In this document: positions 53,901 through 61,200 of the stretch, piece by piece
Numbering within the stretch: position 1 is the first letter of the stretch
Layout: every line of letters begins with the position of its first letter
From: Naegleria gruberi
Taxonomy: Eukaryota
DNA length: 64,000 nucleotides
Assembly (NCBI GenBank): GCA_000004985.1
Contig: GG738898.1
Strand: one strand, 5' to 3'
Translations under genes and position numbers: made by a program
The notes under the pieces: generated by a model
What the model saw: only the letters and a program-made list of their open reading frames with translations
What the model was told of the DNA's origin: nothing
The model's database searches: none

Positions 53901-54945
53901 AATTGTTTGATGTCAATTCACTTTCGTTGAATGTTGTATTTGAAGATGATCCAGTATCGTTTTGTCCATTACTGCTAACATTTAAACTTGTTTGGTTTGT
54001 TAAAGAAGTATTGGAATACATAGAAGAGTTGGAAACTGGTTCGTTAGTAAAGGGTGTATGTTGATCGGTTGCATTGTCCAGTAATGTCGAGTTATTAACG
54101 ACGTACGAGGTAGTATTGCTCTCAAAATAGGATGTATTGCTCTCTACATTTAGCTCCGTAGTGCCATTACTGACTTGTGAATCAGTTGTTTGGTTATCTT
54201 CTCTAAATATTCCAGTACTATTTGTTGAACTAGTATTATTTACAAGACTACTATTATCGCTAGAAATAGTAGCATTATCAAAACTAAAGTTCTTGGCGGA
54301 TGAGGTATTAACTGCCTCTGTGATTGTGGAAGTATTACATGCCAAACCGGTGTATCCATCTGTACAATTGCAAGTATTAAAATCAACACAGGTTCCATAT
54401 CCACTGCAAGTTGATGAGCTGTTCGATTCCACATCAAAACAGTATGTATATTGACAATGTGTTCCAAAGAACTGTTCCTCACATGTACATGACGACGTTT
54501 CATTACTGAGCCAAGAACAGTTACCATGTCCTGAACATGTGATCATGGTACTGTTATTATACTCACTTTCATTCCATGTCTTGGCTATCGAAGAACACTC
54601 CACATACTCGCACTCTTCTCCATAAAATCCCAACTGGCATTCACATTCAGTGTCATTTGTACAATTTCCTCGTCCAGAGCATATATTTATGCTAAGATTA
54701 TCATCAGTGAATAGCCTTAATTTGCAACTGTTGTGTCCCGATGATGATGTAGCAATTACTTTCGATAAAATTGCTCTCTGAATTATTAAGCATTGTATCA
54801 CCAATATTATCATGATCATAATATTTGTTATTGTTGTTATTCGCGTTTTCCATTTTACTCGCCTCCACACTTTGAATTTCTCATCCAAAAAGGTTGCTCC
54901 TTCACACGTATGATGATGAGAGTGAAGATGAACACGAATCGGCAT
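38995..54945 (-). CDS. giant single-pass surface protein (~5,300 aa): signal sequence, 3-4 EGF, ~1,500-aa N-glycan-sequon stalk, two arrays of tenascin-type EGF repeats (>55), REJ/GAIN-like region with GPS motif, TM helix, long cytoplasmic tail (3' end uncertain because of gap)
   Basis: Single ~16-kb open frame with no candidate introns. In-frame ATGs lie at 54945 and 54819 (MIMIILVIQCLIIQRAILS, signal-peptide-like). EGF consensus C.G.G.C....C.C...Y.G..C recurs from ~49600 to ~43900. The GPS-like motif is ...YSCSLQLKNDTHAYCKCSHFTNVFVIQ at ~40545..40600. TM helix YMYVAAAVFSAAIVCGLSCMFLLLFLVCFF at ~40440..40530 is followed by RKRNTKNSK stop-transfer. The tail runs into gap 39035..39545. Confidence 0.85.
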   Translation of the reverse strand: MPIRVHLHSHHHTCEGATFLDEKFKVWRRVKWKTRITTITNIMIMIILVIQCLIIQRAILSKVIATSSSGHNSCKLRLFTDDNLSINICSGRGNCTNDTECECQLGFYGEECEYVECSSIAKTWNESEYNNSTMITCSGHGNCSWLSNETSSCTCEEQFFGTHCQYTYCFDVESNSSSTCSGYGTCVDFNTCNCTDGYTGLACNTSTITEAVNTSSAKNFSFDNATISSDNSSLVNNTSSTNSTGIFREDNQTTDSQVSNGTTELNVESNTSYFESNTTSYVVNNSTLLDNATDQHTPFTNEPVSNSSMYSNTSLTNQTSLNVSSNGQNDTGSSSNTTFNESELTSNNSTSNNETTFNNSTGPGRNSTYTASNQSDVNVNETLIHPNETSSMNNSYGQIKNETSFNTSLTYNVTVTLNETNASDSTWNNRSVILNETVLSNNSSIEQNDTSIYYTTLELNSTVIQKGNETFNNTILSNTSSNMTNNNTVDSKNATSVNTSYSSENQTLSNSGSPSNQSFGIENETNITSVNNSTLKDVTNSSLSGSNLSTFENSTFNNLTNSTLNGRNSSRFDNITNFSNESNIPSVPSNSSVDLNATIATKQGNETVNNSTISNSTVSNITSNDSNNCTMTTGNSTRISNNASSDIISNNTLDSNYTTRLNTSHFPENQTISGPSGQSHGLVNNSTFNDVANFSLTGSNSSKFDNYSNHSNESGLSIVNSTGLNTTDAIENNTLSNSYSNTSVLLVNETSNSTDLNNTNQFVLDDSTISINSTITLENSTNLNSSLLVLNNTSDLFINRTESFNITTSNNTNGGNSSQDTITNKTVFLNETSSKNLTLENLESNKTMNSTNWNNTEQSNVTTISITNTSIASNSTSRSDDSLETRNQTLQENGSVVNNLANTNPNMTNSNITREISSNMSITVSTQNTTRPENNSFAENNTTTFEKQTMPAENGTAISNQTGFLNGNSSENSTKVTTVGNVTLNETLRNDSSIFVNIKSQNQTLSISVNYTNLNSSLNFLNESTFQLNDTYLNGSISSTILVNNDTLINENKTMIGNESLHSRYNQTENQNSSSVPSIETNSTVNNENLTINTNATSMIDDSQTINTTLFENNTKLHNQSSVLENNTAITNSSFLNETRNQTLEGKSGNNETLFGVNNTQTLNNETFVQNHTTALNNSLVENNTTTNHTSNEHTNNSTNQNFTSSNSTNDLNYTESTQLGNITNTNSNNSLNLGYTATFNNSLSNGTFGFANATENSNTTAALNNTNCNITGSNSLDNNTNEFVNRTETFGNSSSLGNQSTVSNSSLLNSTNPLSNTSFNVTDQWNSTFSNSSNKVVENSTETPPHNHSELNRTVNENNSTLINSTNLNQTHANFTRYSEENNTLLSNNSVSLNATQISFVNESIYNNITRSQLNDTEMHNFTSSNSSIISLNETINGTILNNTNHEKTNHSISNTSLIAENNTELTNSSNPISKNGSENLNDSIPTKGKVSESEGNSTVLNITERAENNSVSNSSVVHGNITHDFNHTTVNYSVVTNQSFYNQSYENSTSPFNNGTVTEIFQGENQTVINSTILSNETNSLSLNSSSNLANNTQLNATNMVNQTKLENTKSNITNHNLTNEHTSFNETIPFSSNSTELDNGTIYTNETNTNSTINNTPSNGTSSSNTTESNNGTNFVGQTNGTDSDNSTGTNTNTTISDNSTSTNNVTNNSLEVGSNSTGNFSNVRLNNTELATNQSLTSNSSNFSNYTVLNITCDTCLYGTNETLDKNSTSVTNSTEWFMGNGTQSNFTSYSNESTIFSNSSVWENTTSSENYNASTSNGTILQHYNSSDTYEGGNSTIWINTSLNVTSPDCNNSMNSSIIFNQTGLENSTGILSNHTFTFNTTFESTTNSSSEIASWNTSFQSNNTVNGTVFSQNSTTLNTSSLNETTSSLLENATALENCPVGSNCTLNNSAHKFGRELEDNSQTFNQTLNETLTNNSTNILSNFSSSSENQTSHSNNQTKHEDNSDNQISNNQTSSSTLEISNSTIYNESISSNTTANCSSCVETNSTTLGFNSTPSENYTLNSSTLFSNETITMNSTNTQQNITVSNNSNPLNETYWNQTLCGNCSFSVNISEPSNSTNTTILEIAPDYVCGNYSYSSPLVCNERGKCISSNNCSCNSTLGYGGSECEIPLCNGTIGECHGERGTCIAPETCQCKEGYYGKYCEFVTCFGIQQNSSLVCKGFGQCNDFNNCSCQPGYSGSECEYFECFGVSNMNNSFVCSGRGNCSQKDSCSCFEHYIGYECEISKCNGTFSNDTNVCNGYGSCTANDMCNCSSNYFGEFCQMTLCFGILSNHSEVCHRRGICWPFNNCSCEEHYYGQECDITKCGNIFSNDSLVCSTHGKCSSFENCTCSDKYYGNHCSNYDCFGVSNFNSSVCSGHGSCTSPDTCQCGANRLGLNCSITTCNGTLGNVSSVCSSHGTCTDYNICKCFLNYDGPFCEINSCHGIPSNDSNVCSGNGKCVDFNSCQCGNRFGGENCEKLKTDIFAGYKVICSKHVISSIGREYQLLTASMVLELQEYSYFPYLPNKNASIVLTSEPIGQMLVDEMTKSIDLIQNMACTQYLTSTNVSSTLIIRNGAVLCFLTNWFVKPTQNIVIIGTEPVVIKVPSLYYANSSITFLNCASHRNLYWVVGSSSQVWGSSTKPIAGTVISATKDDYLYVHGTVAGSIWALNSYVILESVIFEPPKSFDPFEPYLSNSCNFTKCYGINSNDNSTCSGNGQCIDYNSCKCNYGAYGTDCSLYICNGMLSNNESFVCSGRGSCIANEVCECNSGYFGEYCEETSCYGISSSNSTFVCSGQGSCTSPDTCKCNIGYSGMDCSVVQCNGTLSNDTTVCNSHGSCIAPDTCFCKTGYLGQWCELTTCSGVFSNSKYVCSGRGSCISYNNCQCNHTYYGSTCSDYKCYDIPYYSNKTCSGRGTCVDIDTCVCSNNYYGNNCSISKCYGKLGNDTSVCSSRGTCVGFNTCSCLNNYMGSQCEITSCYSFLSNISSVCSGKGICGEFNNCSCLQGNFGQNCSEHYCFGIKNTSPKVCTGYGTCVDTDTCACSSNSLGSRCEIPICNGTTGNSSLVCSSHGNCTSPNTCTCQDHYSGSRCEITTCGSQLSTSPSVCNSHGYCSSFNNCICSANYYGSTCQVSSCYGTLSNSSSVCSSHGTCSNFNNCTCKSGYSGSKCELFKCNGTLSTDTKVCSGRGTCIDIETCSCLKDYFGKHCEVTQCNGVLSNVSSVCSSHGQCISADKCSCSAHYFGTNCEKSYCAGIASNDSYVCSAHGSCKDYNLCECKSGYYGSNCENYKCFGVMNNQSSVCSGHGSCTDSNTCICNHGSYGDNCFGSLCFGIKDSNSSVCSYHGPCHSPDNCTCNEKYTGRNCELATCFGIASNSSKVCNSVGNCSKVDECHCPSEYAGPWCQYTTCFGISSHDPNVCNSRGNCSTLNHCSCNSSYTGSNCEIPLCHNIPSNSSSVCNSRGKCVEFDQCECAENYFGMNCELTTCFSKSSNSSETCTGRGSCTSHDTCVCNKGYSGPDCSHFYCYGKSKLDMTVCSQRGVCSDLDTCECEPNSFGSDCSVTSCFGVLSNESLVCQSRGRCESFNHCDCNLPYFGPNCNFTTCFSVKSTSELVCSGNGQCTDFDTCKCKDGYLGFNCSEQLHPNITIPNENSTTPTNNTSNEVIVPPISNNATSNTSNNSSSTPTTVVNSTCANNCFNNGECKSDLTCKCYSSFERGFWNGSLCDTCLNGYYGINCATKIEGPATILSDFSGLVFKLNLPTAFTGVEIPCSNLISSEDRSRNVYGSFSNVKCKYLNKASYAFMITFGSIDYTLESGQSIKLNTLVYDRYNNLTTREEYISIPVVMPLQNNTPTAFISMANIDMFSSCDEISVDGTLSHSNDGKQLSYYWSLLDATTFEIVSNSYPNQAIIKLEASLPAGRYRMMLQVHSPSLNTISPYVYSREFVKSEKPLPLVMAPSLVEKLTTDFPSSIKKVVTQSTCASESVTIDWAQTSGPAIEFTVDKFNNLYISRLRTFGSVSYSFTVKAYYASNPTLSSTSTVTLTTKSPDLYLNLVQLESRKTYTVIKVEYSDPEDAINYESVETWTWSCLDSGNPDLLSLLRSISSTKAKLFTIDSALFGSMIVPSSLQLRLRVSKTDRIVEKSTIVYFNNIPPVVNILDINPTTQYLIPGQKLSVQTLISSEITSSTETTWVLNGMILDKSKFIVQQVGAAEMVTGVIDTTLLVQGSTNTLTIAARDTSSGVTVRTAYAFSMASIPKPCDCSINPSTGIALETEFDFYCTNCKNPDENIDFKYGFLDDRSGSKIYLYNLGEVFASKLPAPFYGDTVTCFFEIINTVTGGTTLMEKNITISKPTVTDIEQVQEIVSTWSGVSATYMSEGHFSKSIYQSASTSRTDSVLLKETLGDLSFKRSINERSTKYLQCISGVEVSGECKCADGYIGTHCETSIRDFSNIQKSKLTVLNDITTSMNKTDGLNEDYISLLSFAVDSILVNYHFLNSKTISEALCTLNRFLTTAQDSGKIKLSPGVQNLLNACVESVHDYIMERQYITDQTSNSRKLLSALKMSSNLQTRDMYISRTITRTKGPFFSMIMGKSTIYDYENIITDSERSTSVLIPDNFFVFENKVSSLVKKPFTYVMTVTDDVFSLDRKLKLSQKLSASTTRTSSLISPIVSVEFTDLSVPMKEDGLIYIIPINTTSTLTSSTASSFDFTEETDSYACADFLDGTTEVTYSCSLQLKNDTHAYCKCSHFTNVFVIQTATVSHYSYMYVAAAVFSAAIVCGLSCMFLLLFLVCFFMRKRNTKNSKNKHGSTNPKEGSGPVRPIRPRPIPKLLRHLSYVTHDDLKPQKIKLPSKKHYGDESEIAVPSHEDIEGNFYIPRKEYNPDQEIPSTPTRPTEEEDKRPSTANSVISIKELNLDLIKKNSVVPQQVVDSIDLIDHHVIQPSSSIYSQSSTKPSTPATSRSLKYSINSILPINSKVNLESLNAQDCISERPATTATTATTTTTTYNISNLFEKQSSTRTLKVDGTMQQATGIPTTFVANVKRAWEGEEQIPQTPQVEDDSHHKPIISSADVELHMEHHHYENPVPIHTXXXXXXXXXXXXXXXXXXXXXXXXXXXXXXXXXXXXXXXXXXXXXXXXXXXXXXXXXXXXXXXXXXXXXXXXXXXXXXXXXXXXXXXXXXXXXXXXXXXXXXXXXXXXXXXXXXXXXXXXXXXXXXXXXXXXXXXXXXXXXXXXXXXXXXXXXXXXXXXXXXXXXXXXXXXIIYTFLEGEFNI
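39035..39545. other. assembly gap (511 N) in cytoplasmic-tail region of giant gene
   Basis: Run of n characters, flanked upstream by a Thr-rich low-complexity tract (TTATTATTTTTTY). Confidence 1.
43900..49600 (-). repeat. two tandem arrays of tenascin-type EGF-like repeat units (~31-33 aa each) inside giant gene, separated by a ~230-aa non-repeat insert (~46700..47390)
   Basis: The same 6-Cys unit recurs: CxGxxSNxSxVCSGxGxCxxxxxCxCxxxYxGxxC. Confidence 0.7.
49650..54300 (-). repeat. low-complexity coding tract: Asn/Ser/Thr-rich stalk saturated with N-x-S/T sequons (inside giant gene)
   Basis: About 4.6 kb in which nearly every 4-6 codons forms N-x-S/T (e.g. NTSSTNSTGIFREDNQTTDSQVSNGTTELNVESNTSYFESNTTSYVVNNSTLLDNAT...). 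Codons are dominated by AAT/ACT/AGT/TCA. Confidence 0.7.
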
Positions 54946-55564
54946 TCTATATTATTATCGTTATGTTGTTTTTATTTGGGCGCTTAATGGTCCAAAACAG
55001 AAGCAACACTTCGTGGTTATATTATTTTTAAGGCTCTGAGGAAAATGAAGATGCGCACTATACCCTTCCTTAGGTTCGAGTTGGGAGAGATGATTTTTTA
55101 CTCGAATGGAAAACACAAGCGATGGTGGTGGTTTTGTTTGTTATTTTCTCTTGTTGTTGTTTATTTCATTATTGATTCAAGTGCAAGATAATGGTTGTAA
55201 CTAACTTAGCCATTTGGTTAAAGGAAGATATTGAGGAAGTTTTGCTGTAGACCTTCGGAAGATGTGCTTAATTAAAGGAATGGATATGGCGAAGTGTTGA
55301 TGAAAGATTCACCAAAAAGGAGCTGAAGGGAAATTGCATTTGGCCTCTTTGAGAAAAATCTAATCGTAGAGGGGCAATTAAATTAAAGATGTGTCGTAAA
55401 GTTGATAAGATTATAAGATACAATCTTGCAAGATTGGAATTCATCACAGCAAAGGTAAATAACCAAGTGAAAAATCAATCAGTAATTCTACAAAGTTTAT
55501 TGGAAAAGTGAATGTGGACATGTTGCAATAGTTTTTGATAATTTCCATTCAATACCACAACCTA

Positions 55565-58121
55565 TTACAGTTTAGAAATTTGTTGTTTTGCAAGATTGAT
55601 CAAGTGAACTTCATCAGGACCGTCAGCAAGTTGCAATTGACGAGCACCAATCCAAACACGAGCAATGCTGAATGCTGATTCTTCGATTGGTGATGTATAG
55701 TCAGCAGGGGATGTCATTAATCCTTCAGCCCCAAATACTTGAATAGCTCTGTCTGCAACTCTTTTAGTGGCTCTTGGAACGGCAATCTTAATCATGGCAA
55801 TTTCAGCACGAGCATGTTTAGCTCCCACCTTATCAATCATGTAAGCTGCCTTTAAAACCAATAGTCTTGCCTGTTCAATGTCAATTCTCGATTCTCCAAT
55901 GTATTGTTGAATGATGGCATGTTGTGAGAGAGTCTTTCCAAATGTTTTTCTGGCCTTTGCTCTTCTAACCATCTGTTCAAATGTTCTCTCTGCCAAGCCA
56001 ATCATTCGCATGGCGTGGTGAATTCTTCCAGGACCAAGACGGGCTTGAGCAATGTTAAATCCTTGTCCTTCCTCGAAAATCAAATTCGATACTGGAACCT
56101 TGACGTTATCAAATGTGATTGACCAATGCCCAGATGGTGCATCATCAAGACCAAATGTAATGGCAGCTCTCTCCAATTTAACACCAGGTGCATCCAAAGG
56201 AATGAGAACCATTGATTGTCTGTGGTGGACGCTTGGATGTTCTGGATTAGTTTGACCCATGAAAATGGTGAATTTACATCTCTTATCACCAGCTCCAGTA
56301 ATGAACCACTTGACACCATTGATAATGTAGTGCTTTCCATCCTGTGTCTTTTTAATGGTGGAACGTACATTGGTAGCATCAGATGAACTGTTATTGTATT
56401 CAGTCATGCTAAAACATGATCTGATTTTGCCGTCCAATAGTGGTTTCAAATACTTTTCCTTTTGTTCTGGTGTTCCAAATTTCATCAAGACTTCCATATT
56501 TCCTGTATCTGGTGCATTACAATTGAATACTGAAATATGAAATAATTATTTAACATTTTCTTAAGAATGAAAAAAACAAACCTTCTGGTGCAATAAATGA
56601 TCTTCCCATAATTTCTGCCAAAACTGCATATTCCACATTTGTCAAGTGTTCAGTTGGATGATGGTGCACGAGGAAGAAATTCCACAAACCTTCCTTCTTT
56701 GCCTTTTCTTTTAATTCTTCGAGAATTGGAGGAGTATCCCACTTGTCCTTCATTTCGTGAATTTGATTTTCAAAAATCTTTTCACCTGGATAAATGTGTT
56801 CATTCATGAACTTTTCCAATTTTTCCTTGAGACGAAGAGCTTTGGTAGAGAGACCAAAATTCAATCCAGAATCACTCACTGTCAAATTGTCCTTCTCTGA
56901 ATTTACAATCAATTCCCAGGCAACATCTGATAATGAACCAGCTAACAAACCAACTTGAAGAGCATAATCACTGCTTGCATTTCCTTGTTTGTATCGTTTA
57001 TAGACTCCCTGAGTAATTCCAACAAGTCTGAAAATTGAAAATGCCAAATAGAAATGCCACTTGTCGATTGGTTTACGCTTGGCAAAGGTAGTGTACAAAT
57101 TTAAGCATTCAGCCTCTGTTAAAATACCAGTCTTTTGGAAGTTTACATCCTTGAGACCAGTAAATCCAGGCATTCTTGGAAAATGATAATACATGCAAGA
57201 GTAGGCCAAATCAGCAATTGGATGACCCAAAGTTGACAATTCCCAATCCAAAACAGCAATTACTCTATTCTCGGTAGGATGGAATATTACATTATCAAAC
57301 TTGTAGTCACCATGTGTAATACATGAAGATTCTGTCAAAGTCTCTTGTGGAATATTTTGAGGCAACCACTTGATCAATCGATTCATAGTTTCATTTTCAT
57401 GAGTTTCAGAAGCAACATATTGTCTAGTCCAAGTTGTAATCTGTCTCTCATAGTAATTCTCCTTCTTTTGTCCATTATTATTATTCAATGATGATGCTGC
57501 CTGTTTATACAATCCATTCAACAATTCAAAATCTCTAAAATTCACACTATGCAATCTGGATAAAGTTTTCACAAAATCAATCATCATTTCTCTTCTATCA
57601 TCGGCAGTCAATTGATCTGGTCCCTTTGCATCTGAAACTCCTCCTCCAACAACTTTATGCATTTGAGTAAAGGTAGCATCCTTGAAAATTCTACCTCTCA
57701 CAAACTCCATCAAGTAAAATTCAGTGCCAATCACTTCAGTTTCCCTGCAATACAAGTACATGTTCGGCACTGGAAATCCAATCGAGTGCAAACTCTTCAT
57801 GATGGCATATTCTCTGTAAATATCGTGAGCTGAAGGTAGGAGTTTTCCAGGTGGTTTCTTTCTTAAAACCAATTCAATTGTATTTACTTGTTGTTGTTGA
57901 TCCTTTGATGATGTTGTTGTTGGTGCTAATTGAATAACAACTTTAAAAGAAGGATTTGATTGCCCATCCGAAAATTGTACAATGCTCTGTAGGGAAAGGC
58001 TTGTTGTATGATGATTATTGTTGGTCTTGTTGAAAACATGAACGTTTTGTGAAAGATATTTGGCAAAGGCCTCCACATTGAACATGTGTTGAGGTCGAAT
58101 TTGAATATTATTGCTGATCAT
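55565..58121 (-). CDS. ACAD10/ACAD11-type fusion protein: N-terminal aminoglycoside-phosphotransferase (APH) domain plus C-terminal acyl-CoA dehydrogenase; complement(join(55565..56529,56582..58121))
   Basis: ATG at 58119..58121. The APH-like region carries HGDYKFDNVIF and VLDWELSTLGHPIADL. A 52-bp intron (GTTTGT...ATTTCAG, 56530..56581) joins ...IMGRSFIAPE to [28 protein letters not shown], collinear with human ACAD10 ([23 protein letters not shown]). ACAD motifs RSCFSMTE, DGPDEVH and GAEG are present. Total 2505 nt, in frame. Confidence 0.85.
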
Positions 58122-58267
58122 TTTGTTTTTATTTGATTATTTTATTATTTGATCATGTTGATGATGGAAGGACAAGTAAATTGATCCGTATCGTTGCTTT
58201 GATTTTCTCTCCGATTCTTATTGAGTACAACAAGAAGAATATTGCTCCGTTACTATTTGTTGTTTTC

Positions 58268-61200
58268 TTAAATATTGCAATTGATGGAATGTTTTTCCAA
58301 GAGTGGAATTAAATCATTCTTAAACTTCTTCTCAAGATAGACACTCATTTGGAGATTTTGCTTACTGACATGTTTTCTACGTTGTGTGAGACCTTCTTTG
58401 AGTTGGTAGGCAAGTTGAGAGAGTCTGGTCTTGTATTTCTCAATTAAGAGTTGATTTTCCTCAGTGAGATTTTCGAGAGCCTCTGGTGATAGGTAGCGTT
58501 CCACATCCTTGTAGATTCCTCCGTGAATTCTTGGATCAATTAGGCCAGTCAGCTCAGAATCAAGAGAGGCTGTTAGTAAATTACTTTCATTCAATTTGTG
58601 GCTAACGACCAATTCCTGAACAGCATGAATTCTCAATTCTAAATAGTAAATGGCCACTTCAAGACTGTTCAATTTGAAGAGCTTCTTTTCACGAACTTCC
58701 TGAATGGTGTACATGTTAGGGAATGGTTTCTTGATGGCAAAGAAGAAAATTGAGCCATCTTGATCATCCATTGATTGTTTTGGTTCATCCATATTGCCAG
58801 CACTTGCTGATTTTTCCTCTGTTTGTTCTCTCTTAACTTTGACTCTTTTGAAAACTTTGATATTGTGACTCTTGTGATATTGTTGAATCTTTGGTGAGAT
58901 AGTTGGATCTAATAATTTGAAACTATCCTCCCCAGTAGTTTCATCCATGAAAGAGTTAATTTCCTGTTGACTGGATGGCTCAACTGGGGCCAAAAAGATA
59001 ACTTGCTGTTCACTGGTTCTGAATTTAGTCTCATCGAAACTGGATGGAATTTCTCTCTTAATAGTAGCTCCCTTGAATTTGAGTTTGATAAAGTTGACAA
59101 AATCTGCAAGTTTTTGATGATGAGCATTAAAGATAAAGTTTGTGTTCGACATGGATTTACCATAAAATCCAACAAAGTAATACTTGTTGTACTCTCTGAT
59201 GGAGGTGACAATCTTCTTGTAGAGCTTACTCTCCTCTGAGTGAACCACTGACAATTCGGCATAATTCATCTTGTTCTTGTAAATGACACGAAGCTCCTCA
59301 TTGAGAGAGATGGCTCTTTCCCAATCCTTACCCTTCTCGAACAAGTCAATAACTTCCTTGTAGAGTTTAATCTTTCTTGTACACTCTGGCTCTTCTGGAT
59401 AATTGTCAGAGAAGAGAGGCAACTCAATGTTACTATTAAAGTTTAACATTTGTGCATGTTGGAAGATGGCAAGACCAGCTTCAATATAACGTTTTCTACT
59501 CTTCTGCATACTAGCCAACAAGTGCAAATACTTGAAATACAATTGAACATTGCTATTCTTCTTGAAGGATTTGAGAGCGTTCTTGAAGGACTTTTCTTGA
59601 TTTTGGAAATTCATGGTATTTGGATCATTGGTGCTGGCAGCCTCGATATCTCTAATTTGTTTGAGCAAGTGATGAAGAGATTCCATTAAAACATCCATCT
59701 TGTTTGCAAATTCATCCTCTGCCTCAGGTCCCAACAATTCTACCATCAGTTCCTTGTAAGATTTGAGCTTGGATTCAACACATGAAATGAATGTTCTCCT
59801 AACTCCTTCAAGACCAGAAACTTCACTGAAAAATCTTTCAGTTGCAGCTTCACACAATGACAAGGAATTTCTAGAAATATGCTCCAATTTCAATAAATCA
59901 AAGAATAAATTCTTGGCCACTGATGCAATTTCAGAGACATGAATCTTGAACAATTTGATTGTCTTTTCGATTAAATCAGGAAGGAGACTTTCTTGCAGTT
60001 GTAGTGGTGAAAAGCTCCAAATACAATCATAAAAGACCTGTAGAATTCCGTGACGAGTATCGTTTTGACTGAGGAAGAGTTTTCTGTCATAGGATGGCAT
60101 CTTTTCTGGTTCAAAACTAAAGATGGCATCAAACAAGTGCCTAACCAACAATTGAGAGAGTTTAACAATTCTATAAACATTAAACTCAGCAGGAGGTGAA
60201 TTAGTTGACACGGATCGTTCTTGTGACAAGTTGTGAATGGTAGTGATGGAGCAACCTTCCATGGTTGTAATGTACTTTTTCAACTTTAGGAAAATCATTA
60301 GAATAATGTTTGCAATTGTGCCGTATTGGTAAATGTTGAGTTGTGTCCAATTCTTTGGGAGTGGGTTCTTCTTGGATAGCACAATAGAAATCAAATCCAA
60401 GAGAAGGTCCTTTGTATCGAGTTCGGCAAGTTGTGAATTTTCATTCAAATTTGCAAAGATAGTATCCAAAACTCCCTTGAATGTTAAAAGATCTAAAAAG
60501 TTAACAATGGTGAGAATAATATCACAACTGATACGTTTGGCTTGGTTGATTTCTGGTTCAAATTTTTTGGCAATCAATGAATTATTTGTCCTGGCATCTC
60601 TAGTAGTGGAATCCAAAGTTTGAGTGGCTGTCTCTTGTTCAGTTCGCTCTCTGGAATATTCTGCCTCCAATTCTTCTGTTCTCTCCAGAGAAACATCAAA
60701 AGCCTCCTTCAACATGCTCAGTAAACCGAAAAAGTCAATCAAACTTGTGGCACATTCTTTCATCTTCTCTCTGTGCTCCTTGCTTAGAAGAGCAGTGTCA
60801 GTTTCCTCCTCACTAACAACAGTCATTCGTTCCGTTTGATGCTCGGAAGTTGTGGAGATGTTCAAATCACCCAGTCCAAAAGTACTCTTAAATGACTTGC
60901 CATCGTGTGACATACGAGTTTTGAAGAGATGAATAATCTTGTTCATGATCGATATTGATTTTGGTTCGAGGAAACATTCACTATAACCCTCAAGTGCCTC
61001 TAAAACTATTGGATAGAGAGTTTTAGATAGTGTTCCTTTTTGGAAAGGTTCTGAGGAAATGATATTATCAAAAAAGTGTAACTTTCGGTAAGATTCTTCT
61101 GCAGGTATGGCAGAGGAAAACTTTTCAATAATTCTTCCTAATCTATGTTCATTGAACAAATCTCGTACTGTTGTGAAAAAGTCTGGTGTCATTGTATCAA

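Noticed and set aside
39695-54527. Dozens of 60-160-aa ORFs on the + strand and in alternate minus frames inside the giant gene (e.g. 44526..44912, 45210..45689, 50378..50707, 52991..53398)
   Set aside because: Shadow ORFs of the 16-kb coding frame; their low-complexity translations mirror the Asn/Ser codon bias on the coding strand.
54946-55564. Possible ncRNA or small gene in the unusually non-AT-rich spacer between the giant gene and the ACAD10-like gene
   Set aside because: No conserved structure or ORF is recognisable. Most simply the overlapping 5' leader/promoter of the giant gene and 3' UTR of the ACAD gene.
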